A stretch of DNA of 64,000 bases from Yuukianura sp. NJ FZ-2021 (taxonomy: Eukaryota). Location: contig CM102283.1 of the NCBI GenBank assembly GCA_046563655.1, positions 186,001-250,000 on the forward strand, given 5' to 3'. Positions 12,501-23,345 of the stretch are shown piece after piece. The position numbers were made by a program, and so were the translations under genes. Below the pieces are notes generated by a model. The model worked only from the letters and a program-made list of their open reading frames with translations, searched no databases and was not told the origin of the DNA. How positions within the stretch are numbered: position 1 is the stretch's first letter; each line of letters begins with the position of its first letter.

Positions 12501-15500
12501 TGTCAATGGCTTAATGCTTGAACTTCTTGTGTTCTTCCTCCGTGTCGAATGAGATGACGCAGTTGTCGACGTACAGCGAACGGAGAAGAAGCGTAGCGGT
12601 GTCTTGGAATTTCTCTTGTACATTCTTCAGATGTAGTTCCAAGACTGCTGCCAAAACGAAAGGGCTTGACGTCATCCCAAAAACGACACGACAGTGTTCA
12701 AAGGCTTGAAGGGAGTCTTCTTTCTCTGTATCCCACCAAAGGAACTTCTGATAACTTCTGTCCTCTTCGGCAACACTGATCATCTGAAAAGCTTTGCGGA
12801 TGTCTGAGATTGCCCCAATTTTCTTCTCTCTAAAACGTAACAAAATAGAAGGAATTAGTTCCAGCATGTTAGGGCCTTTCTCCAGACACTGATTTAAAGA
12901 CGGAAATCTTCCAATACGACAGGAGGCATCAAAAACAGGGCGAACTGGTGTCGTTGTGCTCTCCATCTTGAAGACTGGTCTATGAGGCAGGAAGTGAGAC
13001 AAACATTTTTCGAGTTCCCTCTTCCTGATGAATCCTTCCTCTTCCCACCCTCGAAAAATTTCACCGTAGAGATCCAACTTCTGATTCTTCTTTAGCTTTT
13101 CAGTGGCAAAATTCAGCCGTTTTTCGCAGACTGCCAAATTGGTAGGGAGTTGTGACTTGACCTCTTCATTAACCCATGGTAGGTTAACCACGTATCTCCC
13201 GTCTTCGTCTCGTTTCACCTTCTTCTGGAATTCCGCTTTGACTTGGGACTGTCTCTCTGCTTCGGTCATCTTTTCTGCCGAATCGTGTACCCCTAGTAGT
13301 TCCAGATCCCAAAGTTGTGAAACGTCGCCGGAGAGATAACTCTGAATGACCATTTCGGATGCGGCGACTTCAGCTCTCTTCACAGGTCCACACAGCATCC
13401 AACCGAAAACTGATTCAACAGCGAAAACTCCGTCACTCAAGTCCACTCGTTTACCCGTCATCAGTTGCTCACGATAGTCACTTCCCACCAACAGGTCAAT
13501 GTCATGTCTCTCCATTCCACTGCCACTGTGATCCAAAATCGTGATGTTCTGCTTCCTCAGTTCACCAATCCAATTCCCAATGTTGGCACTGGGAAGAACA
13601 CCTCCAATTCTTGGACGTTCTCGTAGGACTAGTGACTTCGTGCGTCCTCCATCCAAACTTCGGACAATCAACTTGTGTTTGAAGAAACGGTCGCAATTTG
13701 AGATGGTTCCATCAATCATCACGTTCCGGACCCGCTCTTCCCCAATTGGTTGACTTTGAATTCCGGAAGTCACATGCGACGTCACGTAACTGCTCTGACT
13801 TCCCTCGTCAAACAGTAGTCTGGCCACCATACTCGTCCCGTTCCTACCAAAGACACGAACAAAAACAGTTTTTAGCAACACCTCTCCACCACACTTAATT
13901 TCACTTAGAGATGCAGTGGCTTCTGATGCTCCCTGTGTCGTCAGCTGTTTTTGTTTACTCTCTGTCTTCTTCTCATTTGTACGATCTGGGCACATGACGT
14001 CATAGTGCTTCTTCTGACAGACGGTACAACGGATTGAGGACTTGCAAAATTTCGCATTGTGGCCCTTCCGAAAACAAATGAAGCATCCCCTTGTTTCCAA
14101 AATCTTCTTTCGTTTCTCCTCCAGTGTCATCTTCACTGCTCTAAAGCAGTCTTGTGAGGAGTGATTCGACTTTTCACAAAATAGACATTTATCTTTTTGT
14201 TCAAGGAGCCCGTATGCCGTAGGAACATCTTCCTGGCTCCTATCGTGTTGTTTTGGCTTGTTGGCCACTTTCCGCTGAGATGATGTTGCTTCTGATTTGA
14301 CCAATTGACGTTGTTCTGCATTTTCAACTTCAATCTTGAGAAACTCCATGATGTAGAACAAGTCACTTCTTTGTGGGTCTTCTTTACTTCCATCTCTGCC
14401 GTAATTCGGATGCCTCTGCCAAACCACCAACAATTCTTCCGGAAGTGCTGACTCAACCATCGGATACAAAAACTCTGTGGCCACTTCTGACGTCACTCCA
14501 AGTGACTCCAATGCTCTAGTGTGACTATCCAGGCTGTAGTACAATGTTGACACACCATCCACTTTTCTGGTTGGTGAGTTGATCAACTTCAGCATTTCCC
14601 TGACGTACATCTGCTTGAGAAGTTTCTTTTTCCCGTATCGTGACGTCAGTGCTTCAATTACCTTTGGGTAATTCTCTTCTGACTGTGGGTAGGCCTCAAC
14701 AATTTCCCGTGCTCGATATCCTTCCACAGTCGCTTGGTACAAATACTGAAACTTGTCGGTGGCATGCAGCGTTTGATCTTCGTGGATCTTCTGGAACTGT
14801 GCCCACCAACCGAGCCATTCCTTGAGCTCTCCATTGAACTTCTTCAGTTCCGTCTTCGGCAGTTTAAACTTGCGGCTCTGCGCACTGCCAGATGCGGAAG
14901 TGTATACACTGTTCTCTGGAGTGACACTCTTGTGATGAATTGACTCTTGTTTCTCCAGAAATTCTTCAATCTTCAACTTTGTCATAGTTAGTTTCTGGAG
15001 ATACTCTTGATTTGATTCAGTTTCTGCGTTGAATTCTTCATCAGTTGTCGATTCATTGTCTAGTAAGGCGTCAAGGATGATTCGGTCCAAACGACAGACC
15101 TCGTCATGAAGGTGTTCGATTCTTAGCAGTTTAGCCTTGAGGAGATTAACATTTACTTCCGACGTCTCCTTCTGCAGTTCTGCCTCAACATCCTTCACCG
15201 TCTTCGTTGCCGTCATCCTGACTACTCTTCGTTCTTGTTTGGATCGATCCATAACTGTGAATTGGTAATTCAACAAAACAAATCCTAATTAGTAAATTTT
15301 ACAGCTGATATTGATACGGAACGGTATCACCTCAACTACCCCTGAATGCTCAGGGTAGGGCCCACAAAGTGGCAGGTTGTTTGTATCAATCGATGATTGG
15401 AAGTCCCACTCGGCCCGGATGATCCGTTCTTCCTTTCAGGATATCGTCTCTCGGTATCCAACGTTGATCTTCAGTACACAGTTTACACCAGGGTCACCAT

Positions 15501-15828
15501 AAAATGTAAGGACAGTCAACTGCTACCCGCTAGAATGACTGACTCCTTCGTTGTTCGTAGACTGTGCTACTGATTAATCGATTTATTCAACTGATTTTAC
15601 CAATTAACTCTTTTTTACACTTTCTTACTGGTCCTGTCTCTTGAATGTCTAAAATTCGACTCTCCTCTTCTTTTTCTTACTTTTTCTAACAAAAAAACCT
15701 AAAAATATAACCCAAAAACGCTATTTTAAATTTCCCTCTCCCATTCCCTCAAAATCTCAAATTCTAAAAAATACCAAAAGTCAAAACCTAAAATTTACAA
15801 AAAAATAACCTAATTTCAGATCCCAACA
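9526..15828 (-). mobile_element. Bel/Pao LTR retrotransposon, near full length with frameshifts
   Basis: 324-bp TG..CA LTRs at 9526-9849 and 15505-15828; PBS TGGTGACCC; PPT AAAAGGTGGGGAAAAA; internal gag-pol. Confidence 0.95.
9940..15276 (-). pseudogene. gag-pol: Bel/Pao gag-pol polyprotein split into 3 ORFs (12511-15276, 10432-12498, 9940-10407)
   Basis: DUF1759-like gag, Cys/His knuckles, protease LFDEGSQ, RT YVDN, RNase H FTDAS, integrase HHCC with VDLAGP/SDNGTNF/PWWGGFWER, C-terminal TRSGR. Confidence 0.92.
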
Positions 15829-15959
15829 GTTACCATTACATTCCCATTACATTACAACTCACCTGACTATTATAAATATTTTAAATCAAACCAATCACAG
15901 CGTCACAAGTACTGCTAAATCTACTCTACATCTACTCTACTGGCCAAATGACGGCGACG

Positions 15960-16330
15960 CAGCAAAAGTAAGTAAAAGTGGCAAGGCTAGAACGACCTTG
16001 ACCTTTGATATGGTAATCAATGTCCATTCCAGTAATGTACGCGTACATACTTTGTCATATGAAAACAAAAGACCAGAAACAAAATCAACCATCCATTCTA
16101 TGCAAACGGAGAGCGACTTTGACCTTTGACATGACAATTGGTCAACGAAATTAACCATTTGTTCATTTCTATGCAAGGCGAAGGCGACTTTGACCTTTGA
16201 CATGGTCATCAATGTCCACATATACGGTCATATGCAGGAAAATAAAATCGAAAATCAAATCAACCACTTTCTCCGTTCGACACAAATGAGGGCGACTTTG
16301 ACCTTTGACCTGTCCATTGGTGACCACATG
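15960..16330. repeat. Diverged ~185-bp duplication with four TTGACCTTTGA words
   Basis: Motif GAC(C/T)TTGACCTTTGA recurs at ~15994, 16114, 16186 and 16294 with shared flanks. Confidence 0.6.
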
Positions 16331-16857
16331 CACACGGACATGGACATGGACATGCACATGGTCACGAAGGGCAACAGAATGGCCACAAAATGGCGAACGG
16401 TAGTAACGACGGTGACCAGCATGATGGTAGTAATAAGTGCAAACGTCCATGGGGGCAAGGGGAGGGGCAAAGGAGAGTAATTCTACCTTCACTCAATGAC
16501 TAACTAGCAGTTTCCGCCAATTCTTAGTTTTAGTCACACCCCACAGTCTGCGACAATTCCACCCGAGGTGAAAAAAAAATAAAAAATTTTTAAAAATGTA
16601 CTTTTTCAAAAAGTGATAAAAATTTTCGAAATGCTACGTTATTGGAGTACTTGAGTGTAAGTTTTAGTTAGGTTTAGATTAGGCTAGATAGGTTTACAAT
16701 ATGTCTCCTTGTTGTTGATGGTCATGGAACTGGAATTGAATTAAATTGGAAAAAGTTGAAATGTTTCTTTCTCCCAACAATTTCTCTCCGAAAACTTTCG
16801 TTTTGCTTTATTTCGAGTAAATTTCAAAGCAAGATCCCCATCTTCATACTTTGAAAA

Positions 16858-17478
16858 CGAAGCACGCCATTAGGCCCAATGAACTGGCCCTCAGCCATCA
16901 GGCCCAATGAATTAGGCCCAAAACAATTTGGCCCTCACTGCCTTTAGGCCCAAATGAATTAGGCCCACAAAAATTTTAGGCCTAAAAATTTTAGGCCCTA
17001 AGAACTTTAGGCCCTCACAATTTTTAGGCCCTAAAAACCATTTTGAGAAATACAATATTCAAACCGGTAGTCGTTTATACTTTGCTTTGATTTTCCCGCG
17101 CCGAAGGCGCGGCGTTAGGTTATGAAATTGACAGTAGTGATTCGTTATTTCAATGCCTAAGCTTTAGGGTAATTTCGATGCCCTTATACAAATTACGAAC
17201 TTGTATTGAAGTTTCAATTAGGTTTCTAATATGTGTTGAGGTTAGGTATATGAACTTAGAGCCTGTTGCATGTTTACCCACGCTACGCTTAAAAAAATTG
17301 TGAGGGCCTGAAAATTGTGAGGGCCTAAAGTGCTGAGGGCCTAAGAGTTTTGGGCCTAAAATTGTTTTGGGCCTAATTCATTTGGGCTTAGAGGCAGTGA
17401 GGGCCAAATTGTTTTGGGCCTAATTCATTGGGCCTGATGGCTGTGGGCCTAATTCATTGGGCCTAATGGCATGGAACC
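16858..17478. mobile_element. Foldback/MULE-like MITE with AGGCCC-repeat arms
   Basis: 9-bp TSD CTTTGAAAA at 16849-16857 and 17479-17487; long inverted arms built of AGGCCC repeats; termini CGAAGCA and TGGAACC. Confidence 0.8.
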
Positions 17479-19095
17479 CTTTGAAAAGGTTCTTTTCATA
17501 CGAACCGAAAAGGTTCCTTTCACTTTCTCCCCCTGCTGCTCCACTCTGTTTGAATTTTTTAGAAAAGTCTGAGATTTAGAGGTTCCATGTCATAACCGCC
17601 GAACCAAAAACCGCCGCTCCAAAAACCGCCGCTCAATAATCGCCGAAAAAATAACCGCCGCCAGGTAAAAATCGCCCTTATGCAAAAACAGCCGCCACGA
17701 AAAACCGCCGCTAGGAACACCTCACACTTTGTATTGCTCAATGTGGCAACATAGGTAGCCTTAGAAAATAGAACCTACAGACGTGATCAGTATTGTGGGT
17801 GTTACCAAACCTAACACCGCGCCTTCGGCAATAATCGCCGAAAAAATTACCGCCGCCAACCAAAAACCGCCGCTGTTCAGAAACCGCCGCCTTCCAGAAA
17901 GGGTTCAATACCAATTTTTTCAAAAGACCAGTTGGTGCAATGCCGATTAGTTTGAGACAAATTTGTTTGATTTTTAGGCGCGGTGTTAGGTTTGGTAACA
18001 CCCACAATACTCATCACGTCTGTAGGTTCTATTTTCTAAGGTGTGAGGGAGCATCACCCACACCACCCAACTTAGCAGATCCAGCGCCAGACGAGGAAGA
18101 CGGAGCGGAGGAGCAGCTTCACTCCTGGAGCAGACGGCGAGGAGAGAGGAGGACACAGGACACAGGATCATCATTTGTTTCACATTGGCGACCTGTGACA
18201 TTACGGAACCTCCAACTTCGGTCTGAAGTCCTTACTAAATCATCGAAACTACGCATCAGAAGGTCAGAGGTCAATCCCTACACCGATCTACGCAGATCTA
18301 CGCTACACTGAAGATCCAATTGTACATCTCAGCATCTTACATCGCTCATAAGGAAGGTATGTGAAATGTAGCATAAGTCAAGGGACGATGTGCATAACAA
18401 TGTCCCTCCAGTGTGTCAAAGGTCAAATTAGAGGTCACCTAAGCTAAAGACAGGAATCAGAGTTAGTGTAGACAGATAGCTATTGCATCAGAGCGTAGGA
18501 AGGACGTTGAAAGTCATTTGAAGGTTATCATATAAGTCATGTATAACGTAATATGAGTGTGTAGTGAAAAGATACGACAAATAACGTACCACAGCCGAGT
18601 CAATTAACAAAATTAGCATATTGAGAGGCAAACGAGTCAGAAATTCAAGGTTATCCTATAACTTACAGAGTTTCAGTCACAGTACGAGTCAGTTTCAAAG
18701 TTACAAAGTCAAGTCAAACGTAATACAAGGTTATTCACACTGAACTAGCAGAGTCACGGAATATAAGGTCAAATCAAGGTTACTTCGTGTTTGTAAGCAA
18801 ATCTACAGTTTCAGTTGAGTTATTAAGATACAGTTCAAGTTAAACCAAGGCTATTCGAAGTTATTCATGCAATCTAAAAACTTATGAGAGTTGTAAGACA
18901 AAATTAAAGTAAAACCAAGGTTACTCATGCAAAGTCAAGTTATTAAGTCACAGTTGTACATAAAGTAAAGAAGTCAAGGTAATACATGCAGAGTTGAATC
19001 TAAAGGTCAATTGAGTTTGTCAGATCGACCTTCAGAGTTCAAACTCACATTTTCTTACTAACGTCAAGGTTATAATTTTTGAAAAAAAAGTCAAA

Positions 19096-20610
19096 ATGAG
19101 TGATCACGAACAAGACACAGTTGATGATACTGAAAATGAAGAACCGAACGTACCACCGCATAGACCGCCTAGATCACATGTTAGCACTAGACAAGAAGGT
19201 CCAAATAACAGAGACAGAGTTCGAGAACGAGGTCAACGTACTGAAAATTCTAATGTAACACAAAATACTATGGCTCAAGCCAATCTAGGTACAAGTCGTA
19301 CTGCTCTAGCAGGCAGAGGAAGTACATACCCAGAACAAACAGGACCGCAAAACATACCGAAACGTGTTATTCGACAATTAGGTCTCGAACAAGAGGGTTT
19401 AGACACATGGTCAGATTTGAAAAAGTGGTTAGACAAAATTCCTAAAAAGAAAAGTGTCAGAGGCGACGTGAGTTCAGTCGACGCCTTAGATGAAGAAACA
19501 GATTCAGATGATTATGATGAAGAGAAAAGTAGCGATGAAGAAAGTGAAGTAGAGACAAGAAAGAAAAATCGAATGCCAAAGGTCAACTACGTTATTACGG
19601 GTATTAACCCGAATATACCGATACCAGTCTACGACTACAGAAAGCGAACAGCTGTTTCTTATTTACATGATGTAGAGTCGTACTTTCAGAGTCAAAATTA
19701 TACGAAAGACAAGTACTTGTACTTGATCCGAACAATTATGACAAAGGAGGACAAATCTTGGTTCGACAATGTCAGAGACGACATAAAAACTTGGTCAGAG
19801 TTTAAAAAAGCGTTTATAGCCAAATACGATTCAGTTGCAGAGAAAGAATTCAGAGCAAGGTTGTTATTAACCAGAAAACAGAAAGTTGCAGAGTCCGTAG
19901 AGTCATTCGTATGGGAAATGGTTACGTTAAGTCATCAGGTGAATCCTAAAGAAGAGACACATGTCATTGTACGCAGATGCAGAGACGCTCTGTATCCTAC
20001 AATTCGGACATTGATTGGTTATAGTGCTAGTTGGACGCCGACGGATTTAATTAATGAAGCGAAAAGAGTCATCTACGATTTGAGGTCAGAGGCTAAACGA
20101 ACGAAAACGTATATCCCAATTCCTCAGGTTAATACTATTCCAGTTGAGCAGAGTGAACTTAATTCAGCTTCAAAAACAGTTTCTAACACTACAGAGTCAC
20201 AAAATCATAGATTTCCAGAGAACATACATTTCAAAGGTAACCGTAATCGAGGAAATTACCATGGAAGTCAAGAAAGAGTTCAAAATTTTCGAAATTCTCA
20301 AAATTTTCAAAACAATGAAGGTCAACCAAGTGAAACGCGGAGTTATATGACATACCAAGGTCAAAGTTCTAGAGGCAGAGGTAATTCCTATGTGATCAGA
20401 CAAGGGAATAATACCCCAGAGTACTTGGCAGGGGATCACAATTTTTATTCTCAAAACAATAGAAGTAAGGATTACGACGAACGAGACTTTCAAAGTCAGA
20501 ACAGACATTTTACTCAACAGAAGAAGGAGTTAACCTGTTTTGTATGCCACCAGGTTGGTCATTTTGTTCGCGATTGTCCAAATGTAATACGCAGTCGCCA
20601 TGACGTATAA
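19096..20610 (+). CDS. gag: Gypsy-type Gag (504 aa)
   Basis: Retrotransposon-gag helical core (KSWFD..TWSEFKKAFIAKY..RKQKVAESVESF) and CCHC knuckle CFVCHQVGHFVRDC. Confidence 0.88.
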   Translation: MSDHEQDTVDDTENEEPNVPPHRPPRSHVSTRQEGPNNRDRVRERGQRTENSNVTQNTMAQANLGTSRTALAGRGSTYPEQTGPQNIPKRVIRQLGLEQEGLDTWSDLKKWLDKIPKKKSVRGDVSSVDALDEETDSDDYDEEKSSDEESEVETRKKNRMPKVNYVITGINPNIPIPVYDYRKRTAVSYLHDVESYFQSQNYTKDKYLYLIRTIMTKEDKSWFDNVRDDIKTWSEFKKAFIAKYDSVAEKEFRARLLLTRKQKVAESVESFVWEMVTLSHQVNPKEETHVIVRRCRDALYPTIRTLIGYSASWTPTDLINEAKRVIYDLRSEAKRTKTYIPIPQVNTIPVEQSELNSASKTVSNTTESQNHRFPENIHFKGNRNRGNYHGSQERVQNFRNSQNFQNNEGQPSETRSYMTYQGQSSRGRGNSYVIRQGNNTPEYLAGDHNFYSQNNRSKDYDERDFQSQNRHFTQQKKELTCFVCHQVGHFVRDCPNVIRSRHDV

Positions 20611-22339
20611 TCCTAGAGAAGAGAATTGTGAAGGTCAGAGACAAGAATTTTCGAATATCACAACTCACCAAAATAGTCAGAGACCAAAGTCAAGAAGAGT
20701 TTTCTCCAAATACAATGCCAATTTTTTCAAGTAGTAATTGTAAGAGGAACGACGTGTTCGACGATGTTCCTCCCCAAAACAAAAACAGCCAAGAAAATCA
20801 GTATTTAAATTATTAAGGGACAAAGTCCCACCATGTATCAATTTACTCCATAATTACTGCAGAGATTTAGTGTTTAAAATTTGGTATTCAAGAATTTAAA
20901 AAATTAAAAAAGACAATGTGCGCAGATGTCACATTACATAGTTTAGATTAGTCAAAAAGATTTATACCGCGACAGTTCAGATTATGGGATTTCCGCCGTG
21001 TTATTCCTGAAATTAAAAGGAAAAAACGAAGTTGTACATTTAACAGTTTACAGAGCAACAGTAACAGCTCTTAAGACAGATCAAAATTTAGTAGATGATG
21101 AAATAGAAATAAGGGATGCTCCCAAGGTTAGGTCGACGTGCTCGACGATGACCTGACACGTTGTCAAATTTCAAATGTATAGTTAGTGTAGATCAAATCA
21201 GAGAAGAGTAAAAGAACGATTAAGAAATTATTGAATTCAGAAAGAAATTATTAAAACCAAAATGGTTGAAAACAAGAAATCGAAAGAAACGAGCAATTGT
21301 CCTCGAACTAAAAGCAGAATTATGCTGTTAAAATGACGCAGTAGTCAGAATTGTTTATTTTACAAAAGCAGAGTTGCTAAGAAAAGAGATCTCCAAAAAT
21401 AATTCCAGTGATACGCCAGAACTCCAGAAAGTTAACGTATCTGTTAAGGAAAATACAGGCCTTACCCGGGAGCAACAGTCTAGCCCCGCGGAATATGAGC
21501 ACATTGCGCTGCCATTAAATGAATCAGAAAAAGTACGTACAGAAAATGAGAAAGTCGACTTAGGAAAACAAATAGGTTATAAGATAGAATTAAAATTTTT
21601 TGTACTAGGTATTACAATGATATGGAGAGAATTGATTTTGAGTTCAATCTAAAGTGTCATAAACAAATATACAGCAAATTATGCCAAAAAACTTCTAAGG
21701 TTCATTAGCAAGCAAGGTTTAATAACTTTCAAATAGACAGAGATGTTTCCAATAAAACAATCGACAACAAAAGATAAATTGGTTGACGAACTAAGTATTT
21801 GGCCAATACGGAAGTCTAAAACAAATTATTGCGAATCAAGGGGCTTAGGTCTCTTTGAACTTTAGTGTCAAACTGTTGTTCAGCATCTCAGAGTCAAAAT
21901 TACAAAAATACTTACAGAAGTTCATTGTATGCGTTCGAAACCATATGAGCAAGTTGCAAAAAGTATAATGACCCAGATTAGTTTAACAGTGTTCAACAAA
22001 AGCAGTCAGTATTGAGTCGACGCAGTGCTGTATTGTAATAAATTACGAACACGGAACCGAAAGTTACACAAACACGTTACCAATAGCAAAATAACCGAAA
22101 AAACAAGCGTTCTCAGATCAAAACCCCAGTTAATTATACAGCGTTATCAGGTTTAAGAATATAGATTAAGTTAGTACCCCGGGTTAGATTAAGTTAGACT
22201 AAAGTAGCATAAGTCAGAGTTAGTGAGATAATGTAAAAATGTATAATAATCCAGTTTACTTTAATTAATTTATGAAATACATCAAATTTCAAAAGCAAAC
22301 AGTTTAGAGATAAAAAAAAATTGCCGTTTATCATAGAGA

Positions 22340-23345
22340 AATGCACAAAATAAGTGAACGTCAAAAGACTGCGGACCAGTATAAGTATCCTATGTTGTTA
22401 AAACCGACGAAGAGTAGTCAATTTCAAAGGGGACATTGTGTTTGGACAGAGTTCCCCATTTCAAAAAAAAAATGCCAAGTGGAATTCGAAAAACGTATTT
22501 TTCAAAAATTATGGTTCCCGGAACTAGAGTTAAACATTGGATCAAAACAGAGTTTCATGTTGATTTAATTAGAGCATATTTGTTGTCTAAAATTTTCATC
22601 GATAGCGAACAATGTCGGTCCATTACTTGAATATTTACCAAAACGTGTATCAAAATAAAAAACTGTAACAGCTTGCCAGAGGGCGACAATGACCTTTTGT
22701 TACTCCAGCAAGATTTTAATCTTCGTTTATCCGGCCATTGACTTACAAGAATTCTACTTTAGAGTGTAAAAACTGTGTTACAAAACTTAAAGCCACTTGG
22801 ATTGGCTAAAAAGTGTAAATAGTTACTCAATATTGAGGTATTTGAGTTAGTTCAGAAGGAGGAGGTCGATGTGTTCGACAATGACCTCAGCAAGTAGTTT
22901 TGAGATGGAAACATAAATTAAAAATTTCCAATCTGGACAGAGTATCGAGCGAAATAACTCGATAAACCATTATTTCAAATCTTAAAAAGCGAAATTATAG
23001 CAGAAATTGCAAAAAATCACCAATTACAAATGAAGACTTACGAAAAATTACAAAATATACTCACAAATACGAAATGGATATTTTGAGAGTTATTTCAGAC
23101 ACAAACAGCCTAATCCTAACCGTCTACAAAGTCCCTCTTACGACAAAAATATCAACTACGACGACATGGAGACTTTTCCGCAGCCGACGACTACGAAGAA
23201 ATATTGGTTCTGTTTCTCTACTGGACACAATCACAAAGCATGCAAGAATCCGACAGCCAGTTACAAACATATCGTTGCAAACCCCGAGTAGAAACGGAAG
23301 TACAACCGCAAACACAAGTTATGGACCAGACGCAAACGAGGAGGA
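22340..23345 (+). pseudogene. Decayed RRP6-like exonuclease/zinc-knuckle extra ORF, homolog of 53500-55178
   Basis: Frameshifted fragments KYPMLLK, VPGTRVKHWIKTEFHVD..LLSKIFIDSE, GDNDLLLLQQDF..YPAIDLQEFY, LLNIEV, INYDD..FCFSTGHNHKACKNPTA align in order with the minus-strand ORF near 54 kb. Confidence 0.8.

Noticed and set aside
10162-14943. Many short antisense and alternative-frame ORFs over Bel/Pao pol (also 29143-34138)
   Set aside because: Shadows of the long gag-pol frame; no motifs.
16169-16492. His/Val-rich ORFs (HVHVHV)
   Set aside because: Produced by a short GGACAT repeat; no splice or domain support.
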